The position numbers and the translations under genes are program-made. Below the pieces are notes generated by a model, which was not told the DNA's origin, ran no database searches, and saw nothing but the letters and a program-made list of their open reading frames with translations. Positions 31,275 to 41,151 of a stretch of DNA of 64,000 bases are shown here, one piece after another (the first letter of the stretch is position 1; each line of letters opens with the position of its first letter). This DNA is from an uncultured Actinomycetota bacterium (lineage in GTDB: Bacteria > Actinomycetota > Thermoleophilia > Gaiellales > Gaiellaceae), in NCBI GenBank assembly GCA_963765345.1, contig CAVXWI010000001.1:114572-178571 (forward strand), read 5' to 3'.

Positions 31275-32726
31275 TCAGGGTGCTTCGTTGATCGCCGGCG
31301 GCTCGCTGACGCTCTGCGGTCGGCGGGGGCCTCGCCGGCGGGGCGCGGCGTGGTCGGAGCCGGCGGGGGAGCTTGGCGCCGTCTGCAGGCTCGCGACCTC
31401 ACCGTCGGCGACGTTCTCGTTCGCCGCAATCGACGGCTTCAGGGTTTCGTAGATCGAGAGTCCCTGGCCGACGAGACCCGAGATCAGCTGGGAGACGCCA
31501 TCGGCGCCGTTCAGGATCGTCAAGTTCGAGCCGGACAAGCCCTTCGACGCGGCCTCGACGAGCCCGGGCAGCAGGTCGACGAGCTTGTTCGCTGCGATCA
31601 GGCCCTGGTTTTCGCCCTGCAGCGCCTCGGCGCGGACGTTGATCGCCTCGGCCTCGGCGCTCGCCACCGTCCTCTGCGTGTAGGCGGCGCCGTCGGCCTG
31701 CGACTTCGCTGCCTCCGACTGCCCGACCGCTTGTGCCCTGGCGGCCTCCGCGTCGGCCTCGGCGAGCGCGCGACGTCGGCTCGCCTCGGCCTCGGTGTTG
31801 AGCGCGGTCGTGTCCCGGGCCGCCTCGGCAAGTGTCCGCTGCTTGAACGCCTCGGCCTCCGTCTCGAACTTCGTCTTGTCGCGCTCCCCCTCGGCGATCG
31901 TTCGCGTCTTGTAGGCCTCGGCGTCGGCCGGCCTGCGCACCTCCGACTCGAGCTTCTTCTCGGTCAGCTGCGCCTCCTTCTCGGCGAGAAGCGTGCGCTG
32001 CCCGATCACCTCCTGCGAGGCGTGGGCCTCCGCGAGGGGGCCAGACTGTGCCGATACCGCCTTCGCCTGCTCGATCTCGGCCATGAACCCGGCCTGCTTG
32101 ATCTCGGTATCGCGGACGTACTGGGCCTTCAAGGCTGCCGCCTCCTGCTCCTTCTCTGCAGCCACCTGGTCGGCCTGCGCCTTGGCGATCCGCGCGTCGC
32201 GCTCGATGGCGGCGACGTGAGGGGCAGCGATGTTGTCGATGTACCCGGAGGGATCCGTGATCTCCTGGATCTGGAACGCATCGAGGTCGAGCCCCATCTT
32301 CTGCATCTCGTCCGACGCCGAGCTCTTGATCTGCTGCGCGAGGGCGTCCCTGCTGGAGATGATCTCCTCGACGGTCATGTTGCCGATCGTCGAGCGGAGG
32401 TGCCCGGCAAGGACGCGGCCGATCGTCGTCGCGACCTGATCCTGCTGATCGAGGAAGCGGGTGGCGGCGTTGATGATCGACTCGCTGTCGTTTCCGACCT
32501 TGAACACCGCTACCGCCTGGACGCCGAGCGTGATGCCCTGCTTGGTCACGCACGGCTCGTTCAGCTGCGCCTGGCGCAGGTCGAGCGAGACGCTTCGGGC
32601 GCGCGAGCGCCAGGGCCAGACAAACACGCCCTTCCCCGTCGCGACGCGTAGGGGAGCCCCGTCGATCCCCTTGGCGCCGGCGATGACGAGAGCCTCATTC
32701 GGCGCGGGAACCTTGTAGAAGAGCAT
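31275..32726 (-). CDS. Flotillin/SPFH (band 7) family protein
   Basis: N-terminal SPFH domain (MLFYKVPAPNEALVIAGAKG...), then a long EA-rich coiled-coil region. Confidence 0.85.
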   Translation of the reverse strand: MLFYKVPAPNEALVIAGAKGIDGAPLRVATGKGVFVWPWRSRARSVSLDLRQAQLNEPCVTKQGITLGVQAVAVFKVGNDSESIINAATRFLDQQDQVATTIGRVLAGHLRSTIGNMTVEEIISSRDALAQQIKSSASDEMQKMGLDLDAFQIQEITDPSGYIDNIAAPHVAAIERDARIAKAQADQVAAEKEQEAAALKAQYVRDTEIKQAGFMAEIEQAKAVSAQSGPLAEAHASQEVIGQRTLLAEKEAQLTEKKLESEVRRPADAEAYKTRTIAEGERDKTKFETEAEAFKQRTLAEAARDTTALNTEAEASRRRALAEADAEAARAQAVGQSEAAKSQADGAAYTQRTVASAEAEAINVRAEALQGENQGLIAANKLVDLLPGLVEAASKGLSGSNLTILNGADGVSQLISGLVGQGLSIYETLKPSIAANENVADGEVASLQTAPSSPAGSDHAAPRRRGPRRPQSVSEPPAINEAP

Positions 32727-32745
32727 CGGCGTGGCCGTCCCCCGC

Positions 32746-32961
32746 TTAGACCGCCGTCACCAGAACCGTACGGGCTCCCGTCTTCTCGACGACCGCCGCC
32801 CGTGCGTTGCGAGGGAGTGCCTCATCGCCGAGGGTGTAGGCGGTGAATGCCTCGCTCCCGCCGCGGACGCTGATGATGATCTCGCCGGATCCCCCGATGG
32901 GGACAGGAACGGAGATACGACCGATCATTCCGATGAGGTCAGCCTCCAGATCGCCATGCAT
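32746..32961 (-). CDS. NfeD-like C-terminal (OB-fold) domain protein, upstream partner of the flotillin gene
   Basis: MHGDLEADLIGMIGRISVPVPIGGSGEIIISVRGGSEAFTAYTLGDEALPRNARAAVVEKTGARTVLVTAV; its stop lies 20 nt before the flotillin start. Confidence 0.5.
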   Translation of the reverse strand: MHGDLEADLIGMIGRISVPVPIGGSGEIIISVRGGSEAFTAYTLGDEALPRNARAAVVEKTGARTVLVTAV

Positions 32962-33128
32962 CTCCCACCTCGCCTCTTGACGAACCCATGATCGCACAAC
33001 CCGGCGGTGCCACAGCGTCGAGCGCCTCGCGCCGCCGGCCTCCCTCGAGCGTGCCGGGCGCCACCCGTTGCCGGCGCCGTCCCGTATGCTCGCCGCTCTC
33101 AGGAGACAGACGGCGAAGGGAGCTTGGC

Positions 33129-33485
33129 ATGTGGGCGCGAGTGGCGAGGTTTGACGGTGATCCGGCCGACATCGACGCGAGGATCGAGCGCCTCCGGGCG
33201 ATGCGTGACTCCGGGGGATTTCCGCCCGAGCTTGGCGATGCGAAGCTGCTCCTGCTCGTCGATCGCGAAGGGGGCGGCATGCTCGGGGTGACGCTCTTCG
33301 ACAGCGAGGAGGCCATGCGCAGGGGAGACGAGGTGATGAACGCGGGTCCCGGGAACGCCGGCAGCCGCTCCGCCGTCGAGTTCTACGAGGTGCCGATCCA
33401 CACGCTCGTAGAGCGAGGCCGGGCAGTCGAGCCGCGTTGGTGGCCAAACCGTCCGAGGCGCCCGTTTGCTCGCCTCGTCGCGTGA
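33129..33485 (+). CDS. Hypothetical protein
   Basis: RBS gaagggag then ATG; MWARVARFDGDPADIDARIERLRAMRDSGGFPPELGDAKLLLLVDREGGGMLGVTLFDSEEAM... Confidence 0.4.
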   Translation: MWARVARFDGDPADIDARIERLRAMRDSGGFPPELGDAKLLLLVDREGGGMLGVTLFDSEEAMRRGDEVMNAGPGNAGSRSAVEFYEVPIHTLVERGRAVEPRWWPNRPRRPFARLVA

Positions 33486-33512
33486 TCGTCCCGCGAGCGA
33501 TACGCTGGGTCG

Positions 33513-33797
33513 ATGCGCCTCCTCGTTTCCGAGCCTGCGGCCCGGCTGATCGGGTCGCGCGGCGGTCGTCTCTATGTCTGGCCGAAGAAAGCCCGCTGCT
33601 GCGGAGGTCTGACGACGCTCGCGACCTCGACCGAGCCGGGGCCGGGCAGGGAGTTTCGGAGCGCCGCCTCCCTCGATGGCGTCGAGCTCTTCGTGCCGGC
33701 GACGCTCGCCCCGCTTCCCGACGAGCTCCACGTCGAGCTCCACCGGTTCCCGCGCCGTGTCGAGGCGTACTGGAACGGCTGCGCCTGGGTGAACTAG
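33513..33797 (+). CDS. Hypothetical protein
   Basis: 94-aa ORF, protein-like (MRLLVSEPAARLIGSRGGRLYVWPKKARCCGGLTTLATSTEPG...). Confidence 0.4.
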   Translation: MRLLVSEPAARLIGSRGGRLYVWPKKARCCGGLTTLATSTEPGPGREFRSAASLDGVELFVPATLAPLPDELHVELHRFPRRVEAYWNGCAWVN

Positions 33798-34032
33798 GCG
33801 CCGATCGGGCCCATCGTCGGCAGCTCGGAGCGTCCGCTGCGTCAGGGACCCTTCGTCTGTCCTGCGCCCGCATCGGCGACTACCCGCGGCTCTGCGGAGA
33901 CGCGTGCGCCCGGTCGCGGGCGTCTGGTGAGCCGGGCAGCTCCGGCTCGGCCGCCGTGTCAACGCCCGTGGCCGGCGGTCAATCCCGGCGGGGCAGCAAC
34001 GAGCAGCCGACCGCCCCTCGCCATCCTGCCGC

Positions 34033-34647
34033 TCAGCGCTGTGCGGTGCGGCGGAGCGCCCAGAAGTCGAGGCCGCTGACGGGCTCGACGCCGTCGACGA
34101 GCACCTCGAAGCCGTGGGCGAGGTAGAAGCGGACGGCCCGGCCCGAAAATGTCTCGAGGGTGACGGGCCGGCCGCTCGCGTCGGCTCGCCGGAGCCCGTA
34201 TCCGAGCAGGGCGGCGCCCAGACCGCTGCCCTGGGCGTCAGGGTCGACTGCGAGCAGACGGAGGTGCCAGTGCGGCCCGGGGGCGGCGCGGGCGACAGCG
34301 GCGCCGATCGCCTCGAGGACGGATTCGAGCCGAACGAGCGGCACGGCACGGGGGAGGTCGGCGAAGCCGGCCCGAGCGAGGCGCTCGGGCGTCTCGCCGG
34401 GTCCGTCCGGGAGCTGCCAGGCGGCAACGGCGCGGAAGTCCCCGAGCCGGTCGACGTGGCCGAAGAGCCGGTCGTAGCGGAGAAATGCGCTGAAGAGCAA
34501 GGGCGCCAACCGGCCGCGGTCGCCCTGATTCGGGAAGAGGTGGGCGGCGAGCGGGTCCTGGTCGAAGGCGCGGGCGATCAACCCCCCCGCCCGATCGCTC
34601 TCGTCGGGTCCGAGTGGAACGACGGCAGCCGAACCCGGCAACGTCAC
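34033..34647 (-). CDS. GNAT family N-acetyltransferase
   Basis: HLRLLAVDPDAQGSGLGAALLGYGLRRA (Q/RxxGxG/A block) and ...RFYLAHGFEV. Confidence 0.8.
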   Translation of the reverse strand: MTLPGSAAVVPLGPDESDRAGGLIARAFDQDPLAAHLFPNQGDRGRLAPLLFSAFLRYDRLFGHVDRLGDFRAVAAWQLPDGPGETPERLARAGFADLPRAVPLVRLESVLEAIGAAVARAAPGPHWHLRLLAVDPDAQGSGLGAALLGYGLRRADASGRPVTLETFSGRAVRFYLAHGFEVLVDGVEPVSGLDFWALRRTAQR

Positions 34648-34759
34648 GAGCCCCGGCAGGTCACGAGGTCGCGATCCTCACCCGTGCGGCGATCCGACGA
34701 TCCGCCGGGAGCTGGCAGCGACCGGGCTCTCGCGGGGACGTGGGCCGTCCGCCGTGCGC

Positions 34760-35188
34760 TCAGCCTGCAGCGAGCGTCTCGTCGGCCGGAATGCGGCGGA
34801 CGAGCGCCTGGATGACCGTCCACTGAATCTTCGGTGCGTCGCGGAGGAGCTTGTTGAAGCTCCCGCGCGTGACGACGAGGACGCGGGCCGCCGCCGTCGT
34901 CGTCACGGTCGCGGTTGCCTCCCGATTGGCGAGGAGGGCGATCTCGCCGAAGAAGTCGCCCGGCCCGAGCGTGTTCACCTTGCGTCCGCGCCGGCGGACC
35001 TCGGCCTCGCCGTCGAGCAGGACGAAGAACTGGCTGCCGGGCGCGCCCTCGCGGATCAGCTCCTTGCCGGCCGGCAGGTCGAGCTCGTCGGCGATCCGGC
35101 CGACTGCGGTCAGGTCGCGCTTACTCATGTCCGCGAAGAGGGGCACCGCCTTCAGCGCGGCGAGCTTGCTGTCCTTGCGGCCGACCAT
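34760..35188 (-). CDS. Cyclic nucleotide-binding domain protein
   Basis: cNMP-binding signature GDFFGEIALL...RTATV-like block (GPGDFFGEIALLANREATATVTT). Confidence 0.8.
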   Translation of the reverse strand: MVGRKDSKLAALKAVPLFADMSKRDLTAVGRIADELDLPAGKELIREGAPGSQFFVLLDGEAEVRRRGRKVNTLGPGDFFGEIALLANREATATVTTTAAARVLVVTRGSFNKLLRDAPKIQWTVIQALVRRIPADETLAAG

Positions 35189-35273
35189 CGGCCAATCCTA
35201 ACGCTGCCCGGACACGCGCTCCTCCTCGACCTCGGTCCGGCCCCGAGCTCGCGCCGGGTCCGGCGCGGAGCGA

Positions 35274-35756
35274 TCAGCCGCCGCTGCCGGCGCCGAGGGT
35301 CGCGAGGACTGCGAGCACGTCGTCGGCGTGCGTTGCGGGCTTCACGTTGCGCATCGCCTTGACAACCGTGCCGTCCCCGTCGATCACGAAGGTCGAGCGA
35401 ACGATCCCCAGGTAGGTACGGCCGTAGCGAGACTTCTCCTGCCAGACGCCATAGGCCTCCGAGACGGCGTGGTCCGGGTCGGCCAGCAGGGTGAACGGGA
35501 GGTCGAAATCGTGCTTGAACCGCACGTGCGACTCGACGCCGTCGGGCGAGACGCCGAGCACGACCGCGCCCGTCTGCTCGAACTCGGTCCAGGCGTCGCG
35601 GATCCCGCACGCTTGGGTCGTGCAGCCGGACGTGTTGTCCTTCGGATAGAAGTAGAGGACGACCGGGCGGCCGCGCAGGTCGGAGAGGCGCACCGTCTCG
35701 CCGGCGTCGCCTGCGAGCGCAAAGTCGGGAGCGGAGTCACCGTCGGCAACCGGCAT
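35274..35756 (-). CDS. bcp: Peroxiredoxin (Bcp/thiol peroxidase type)
   Basis: APDFAL...GRPVVLYFYPKDNTSGCTTQACG with the peroxidatic Cys motif; start at the internal ATG (MPVADGD). Confidence 0.85.
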   Translation of the reverse strand: MPVADGDSAPDFALAGDAGETVRLSDLRGRPVVLYFYPKDNTSGCTTQACGIRDAWTEFEQTGAVVLGVSPDGVESHVRFKHDFDLPFTLLADPDHAVSEAYGVWQEKSRYGRTYLGIVRSTFVIDGDGTVVKAMRNVKPATHADDVLAVLATLGAGSGG

Positions 35757-35820
35757 TCCAGCCACGAGGCTACCGGGCGAGACACGGGTTCGACGGCGAT
35801 GCTCGCTAGGGTGGAGACGG

Positions 35821-36171
35821 ATGCTGACGATCCACCACGTCAATGCCTTCCTCGTCATCGGTGTCTGTCTCGCCGCGAGCGTCGCGGCGTTCATCGCACG
35901 CCGTCGCGGCGCCGGCCGCGGGGTCGCGCACCTGCTCGCGCTCGCCCAAACCGTCGTCGTCGCCCAGGTCCTGCTCGGGCTCTTCCTGCTCGCCGACCAT
36001 AAGCGCGCCGCCGAGAAGCTGCACTACGCGTACGGAACGTTCGCGCTCCTCGCCGTCTTCGCGCCGTGGCTCTACGCGCCCGCCGACCCCCGCGCGCGCC
36101 TGCTCTGGTTCGGGATCGCGACGCTGCTCGCCGCCGCGCTCGGCGTCCGCGCGTACATGACCGCGACATGA
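35821..36171 (+). CDS. Membrane protein, hypothetical
   Basis: Four hydrophobic helices; its stop overlaps the next start (ATGA). Confidence 0.6.
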   Translation: MLTIHHVNAFLVIGVCLAASVAAFIARRRGAGRGVAHLLALAQTVVVAQVLLGLFLLADHKRAAEKLHYAYGTFALLAVFAPWLYAPADPRARLLWFGIATLLAAALGVRAYMTAT

Positions 36172-36533
36172 GGCGCATCTCGGGCTTCTGGCGCGGCATG
36201 GCGGCGATCGCGCTCGTCGCGGTGCTGATCGTCGTCTTCGATCAGCAGCGCTCGCTCGTCACCGCCGGGACGCTCCTCAGCGTCGCGTTCTACCTCGCGA
36301 TCGCGGTCGTCTGCTACCTGCTCTGGCGCGACCTCGGCCGGCGTGAGATCGCGACGTGGCCGCGCCGCCAGCAGTGGGTCATCTACGGCGCGCTCGCCCT
36401 GTTCCTCGCCGACCTCGGCTGGTGGCTCTCGGTCTCGCTCAGCGGACGCGACCTGCTCGCGTTCATCCTCGTCGCCGCGGCGTGCGTCTTCGTCGGCGTG
36501 CGCACCTGGCGCGAGCAGCACCGCTACAGCTGA
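36168..36533 (+). CDS. Membrane protein, hypothetical
   Basis: MRRISGFWRGMAAIALVAVLIVVF... multi-TM; coupled to the upstream gene. Confidence 0.6.
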   Translation: MRRISGFWRGMAAIALVAVLIVVFDQQRSLVTAGTLLSVAFYLAIAVVCYLLWRDLGRREIATWPRRQQWVIYGALALFLADLGWWLSVSLSGRDLLAFILVAAACVFVGVRTWREQHRYS

Positions 36534-36537
36534 GCCG

Positions 36538-37248
36538 CTACGCGGTGACGCGGGCGCCGACGCCGTCGAGCCGGTCGAGCGCCGCGCGGATCTCCATCAG
36601 CTGGCCGACGAAGATCGGTGTGTCGCGCTCGGTGTAGCGGGACGCTTCCGACTCGCGCAGGGTCAGCATCAGGTGCATGAAGTCGGCCGGCTCGTCGCAT
36701 TCGAAGACGGTCATGAACTCCTGGTCGTCGATCCCGAACGAGTAGGTCGTGTGGTTGTGGATCGTCGTCCACTCGTGCCCGATCCGCATGTGCTCGTCCA
36801 TCGCCCGCTGGCGGTCATCCTCGGGGAGCGCGTACCACGGCCGCAGCTTCACGAACGGGTAGACGACGAGGTACGGGGAGCCCTTGGGGGTGATCCGCCG
36901 CGGCCGACGCGCGTTCGTGTAGGAGGAGGCCTTCGTCGTCGCGAGGTAGTTGTAGGTGACGTCGAGCCAGCCCGCGAGCGGGGTCGCGTTCAGCGCGGCA
37001 CCGAACTCGCCGAGGTCCTCGTAGCTCGGGGTGATCTTCCAGAAGAAGAAGTCGCAATCGGGCCGCACGCCGGTGGTCGAGTAGGCGTTCAGCGTCTCGA
37101 AGCGGGAGGCGAACTCCTCGACCGTCTCGGCGAAGGCGTCCTTGGCCGCGGCCCGCTCCTCCACCGGCAGCCGCCGCCATTCCGGGCGCGCTTTGAAGAA
37201 CGTGTAGGTGACGTACTGGCCGACCGGCTGCTCGCCCATCAGCTGCAT
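36538..37248 (-). CDS. hemQ: Chlorite-dismutase family protein: HemQ (coproheme decarboxylase / H2O2-dependent heme synthase)
   Basis: YVTYTFFKARPEWRRLPVEERA...PYLVVYPFVKLRPWYALP...MDEHMRIGHEWTTIHNHTTYSFGIDDQEFM, a typical HemQ. Confidence 0.85.
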   Translation of the reverse strand: MQLMGEQPVGQYVTYTFFKARPEWRRLPVEERAAAKDAFAETVEEFASRFETLNAYSTTGVRPDCDFFFWKITPSYEDLGEFGAALNATPLAGWLDVTYNYLATTKASSYTNARRPRRITPKGSPYLVVYPFVKLRPWYALPEDDRQRAMDEHMRIGHEWTTIHNHTTYSFGIDDQEFMTVFECDEPADFMHLMLTLRESEASRYTERDTPIFVGQLMEIRAALDRLDGVGARVTA

Positions 37249-38369
37249 CGTACCTGGCCCGTTTCGGCCGCCTCGGCCGAGGCGGCGACCCGGCCGAGGC
37301 TCGCTTTTGGCTTGTCATCCGGGTAGAAGAGCCCCGTCTGCAGGCCGGTCAGCTGCGACTCGTCGGTGACGTGGAAGAAGATCAACATCCGAACGAGCGG
37401 CTGGCAGGCGGCAAGGGCGATCGCCGCGACGTAGTCGTCGGCCTGGCGGAGTTCGCTGACCGGCCTGATCGAGGCGGGCCGCACGCCGGAGTAGAGCGAG
37501 AGCTCGGCGCGCGGGATCTGGGTCTGGATGCCGTACTCGCCATAGACGATCGGCGGGGCGGTACGAAACGCCGCCGTCAGCAGCCGCACGAGCCTCGGGT
37601 AGTCGGCGATCCCGATCGCGGTCGAGTGGGGGTGGGGCACGGTCGGGGGGATCGAGGAGTTCGCCGGGTAGGGGTGGATCGAGAACAGATCGAGCGGCGG
37701 CTTCGCGAGACCGCTCGCCCGGAAGGCCTTGCCGAGGTCGGCGATGAACCGGCTCGGTGAGTGCCCGGGGCGGCCGCGCCGCGGGCTATCGCTGCCGCGC
37801 GCGGCGAGCGAGCCGCCGATCACCGTGACGCGCGGGTCGGCCCGCTTGACTGCCCGGTAGCCGAGCTCGAGCAGCTTGAAGTAGGCGGCGGCGGCGGCGT
37901 CCGAGCCGTCCGGCCCGAACTGGGGCATCCAGAACAGGTCGGAGTTCGGCTCGTTGCCGAGGCTGATGTAGCGCAGCTCGGGGATCTCCCTGGCGATCGC
38001 GGCGGCGTAAGAGGCGAACTGCGCCCGGTCGCGTGCGCTGAGCGGCGTCTCGCTGCTGAAGGAGTAGACGGCGACGATCGGGCGGATGCCGTCGGCGTCG
38101 GCGGCGTCGATCGCGCCGCGCAGGCTGTCGAGCTCGACCGCGCCGGGCGCCCAGAGCGGCCGCCGCCAGATCGAGCTGAGCACGATCACCCGGAACCCGG
38201 CGCGCCGGGCGAGCGCCATGTTCCCGTTCGGGTCGCCCCACTTCGCCGCGTCCTCGACGCCGCCGACGATCAGGACGTGCCGCGGCGCCGGGCCGAGCTC
38301 GCTCTCGAGCAGCCAGGCCGTGAGGGCCGCGACGAGGAGAAGCGCGCCGACGATCGCGAGGCGCCGCAT
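37239..38369 (-). CDS. Secreted hypothetical protein (TIM-barrel glycoside-hydrolase-like)
   Basis: Signal/TM MRRLAIVGALLLVAALTAWLL; 376 aa; overlaps the hemQ start by 10 nt. Confidence 0.55.
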   Translation of the reverse strand: MRRLAIVGALLLVAALTAWLLESELGPAPRHVLIVGGVEDAAKWGDPNGNMALARRAGFRVIVLSSIWRRPLWAPGAVELDSLRGAIDAADADGIRPIVAVYSFSSETPLSARDRAQFASYAAAIAREIPELRYISLGNEPNSDLFWMPQFGPDGSDAAAAAYFKLLELGYRAVKRADPRVTVIGGSLAARGSDSPRRGRPGHSPSRFIADLGKAFRASGLAKPPLDLFSIHPYPANSSIPPTVPHPHSTAIGIADYPRLVRLLTAAFRTAPPIVYGEYGIQTQIPRAELSLYSGVRPASIRPVSELRQADDYVAAIALAACQPLVRMLIFFHVTDESQLTGLQTGLFYPDDKPKASLGRVAASAEAAETGQVRCS

Positions 38370-38422
38370 TCGGCGGATTCCATCAGAATCGGCCTGGCCA
38401 GGTCCGACAGTACCCTGGCCTG

Positions 38423-40283
38423 GTGCCGACCCCCGAGGTCACCGCTGCGCTGAAACGGCTCCCGGCCGGGCCGGGCGTCTACCTCTTCCGCGACGAGCGG
38501 GACGAGGTGCTCTACGTCGGCAAGGCGAAGTCGCTGCGTCCCCGCGTGCGTCAGTACTTCCAGGCCGGGCGGAGCGACAACCGCCTCGGGATCGACCAGC
38601 TCGTCGACCGGGTCGCGCGGATTGAGACGATCGTCACCGGCACAGAGGTCGAGGCGCTGCACCTCGAGCAGAACCTCGTCAAGCGGCACCGGCCGCCGTT
38701 CAATGTCCGGCTGCGCGACGACAAGTCGTTCCCGTACATCGCGGTCACGCTCGAGGACGACTACCCGCGCGTCATGTTCACGCGCAAGCGCCATCGCCGC
38801 GGTGTCCTCTACTTCGGGCCGTACGCGAACGCGAAGAAGGTGCGGGAGACGCTCGACGTCCTCAATCGCGTCTTCCGCTACCGCCCCTGCGAGGGGCCGA
38901 GCCCCGGCCGCCGCAGCGGCGTGCCATGCCTCGACTACCACATCGAGCGGTGCCTCGCGCCGTGCGTCGGCTTCGTCTCGCAGGAGGACTACCGGCAGGT
39001 GATCGACGGCGTCGTCGAGTTCCTCTCGGGCAACGACCGGCCGATCAGGGCCGAGCTCGAGCGGCAGATGCGGGCGGCCGCGGCCGAGGAGCGCTTCGAG
39101 GATGCGGCCCGCTACCGCAACCGGCTGCATGCGGTCGAGCGGCTCGCCGAGCGCCAGGCGGTCGAGCGGGCCTCGATCGGGACGATCGACGTGATCGGCC
39201 TCGCGGTCGGAGGCCGAGCGTGCCGCCGTGCAGGTGTTCCCGCTCCGCGAGGGCCGCATGGTCGACCGCTACTCGTTCCACCTCGAAAACGCGGCGGGCG
39301 ACGACCCGCTCGAGGTGCTGGAGGGCTTCTGCCTCGAGTACTACGGCCAGGCGCCCTCGGTGCCGCCGCAGATCCTCGTCCCGCGGGATCTCGGCGAGCT
39401 CGGCTCGCTCGCGGGGTTCCTCTCCGAGCTGCGCGGCTCACGGGTCGAGGTGCGGGCACCGGAGCGGGGGGAGAAGCGGCGGCTCCAGGAGCTCGCCCAG
39501 CAGAACGCCGAGCTCGCGCTCTCCTCCGAGTCGTTCGTCGCCGAGACGAAGCGGCTGCGCCGCGTCGAGGCGCTCGAGGAGCTGCGCGAGGTGCTGAACC
39601 TGGAGGCGCTGCCGCTGCGGATCGAGTGCTTCGACATCTCCAACATCCAGGGCCAGGAGATCGTCGGATCGATGGTGGTGTTCGAGGACGGGGTCGCGCG
39701 GAAGTCCCACTACCGGAAGTTCGCCGTCCGCGGCCAGGCCGGCCAGGATGACTTCGCCGCGATCGCCGAGGTCGTCTCGCGCCGGTTCGCCCGGCTCGCC
39801 GCCGGTCTCGGCGCCGCCGACTACGACGAGTCGTTCGCCTCGACGCCGAACCTCGTCGTGATCGACGGCGGCAAGGGCCAGCTCGCGGCAGCGCTCGCGG
39901 CGATGAGCGCCTACGACCTGCCGCGCGTCGCGGCGGTCTCGCTCGCCAAGCGGGTCGAGGAGGTCTTCCTGCCCGAGCGGGCCGCGCCCGTGCTCCTGCC
40001 CGACCACTCGCCGGGCCTCCAGCTCCTGCAGCGGCTCCGGGACGAGGCGCACCGCTTCGCGATCACCTTCCATCGCTCGCGCCGCGACCTCGCCGCGCGC
40101 GAGTCGATGTTCGACCAGCTCGACGGGGTCGGGCCGGTGCGGCGGCGGGCGCTCCTCCGCCACTTCGGCTCGGCCGAGAAGCTGCTGACGGCCTCGGCCG
40201 AGGAGCTCGAAGGCGTTCCGGGAGTGCCGGCGAAGACCGCCCGTTCGATCTACGCCCAGCTCCACCGGGCCGGCAGGGCGTAG
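38423..40283 (+). CDS. uvrC: Excinuclease ABC subunit C UvrC (apparent 1-nt frameshift near 39210)
   Basis: GIY-YIG N-terminus (GVYLFRDERDEVLYVGKAKSLRPRV...), Cys-rich region and UvrBC motif in frame 1. RNase-H-like and HhH domains (…NIQGQEIVGSMVVFEDG…LDGVGPVRRRALLRHFGS) are in the frame of 39228..40283. Confidence 0.85.
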
Positions 40284-40288
40284 CGAGA

Positions 40289-40888
40289 ATGCCATCGATG
40301 GCGAGACCGAGCCCAGCGGGAGGCCGGCCGGGGCGCCGCCGCCGCCTCGGGCTCCTGCTCGCGGTGGCGGTGCTTGCCGGCTGCGGCGGCGGCTCGAGCG
40401 AGCGGCCGCAGACCTCGACGCAGACGGAGCCGGTCCAGAGCCCCGCCGCTGCGATGCGGCTGCTGATCGCGGCGGAGCCGCAGCTCGCGGGCACGGTGCG
40501 GACGCTGTATGTGAGCAGCTCGTGGGCGGTCGTGCAGTCGACCGCCGCCGGGCAGGCGCACGCGGTCGCCTTCCACCTCGTCGGCGGCCGCTGGCGTCCC
40601 GATCGCTCGGGCCGCGTCAAGATCGAGATCCTCGGGCCCCGGCCCGGCGCGACCGCCCCGAGGCTGCCGCAGGTCGCGATCCAGTTCGCGGGCACGACGC
40701 CGTTTGTCGAGTCGTCGATCTGGGTCGACGGCAGCGGCCTGAACGTGCAGGGGGGAGGATCGCCGACGCGCGGCACGATCTACGGCGCCCCGGCGGCGAA
40801 GCTGAAGCCGGGCGACCACGTCGCGGTCGGCTACGCGCGGACGAGGACGACGGGTACCGCCATCGCCTGGGTCTTCAAGACGCCGTAG
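40289..40888 (+). CDS. Lipoprotein, hypothetical
   Basis: Lipobox LLAVAVLAGCGGGS. Confidence 0.7.
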   Translation: MPSMARPSPAGGRPGRRRRLGLLLAVAVLAGCGGGSSERPQTSTQTEPVQSPAAAMRLLIAAEPQLAGTVRTLYVSSSWAVVQSTAAGQAHAVAFHLVGGRWRPDRSGRVKIEILGPRPGATAPRLPQVAIQFAGTTPFVESSIWVDGSGLNVQGGGSPTRGTIYGAPAAKLKPGDHVAVGYARTRTTGTAIAWVFKTP

Positions 40889-41151
40889 GCGACGCCGAGC
40901 CTCGGCGGCGCTCGCAGGTGACCTGGTGGATCGCGTCGGTCAGGAGGTCAATCTTGGCGGTCAGCTCGGTGTTCACGTCGAGCGGCTTCCTCAGCTCCGC
41001 CGAGCGCTCGACCTGGTCCCTGGCGATGTCCCGCGATGACGGGCGTCGGCCTCGGCGACGAGCGTGTCGCGGCCGGCCTGCCGCGTCTCGAGCGGCGCCT
41101 CGGGGTGGGCGGCGCTCGTCGTGCGCGGCGGCCTCTCCATCGCCCGGGCGC

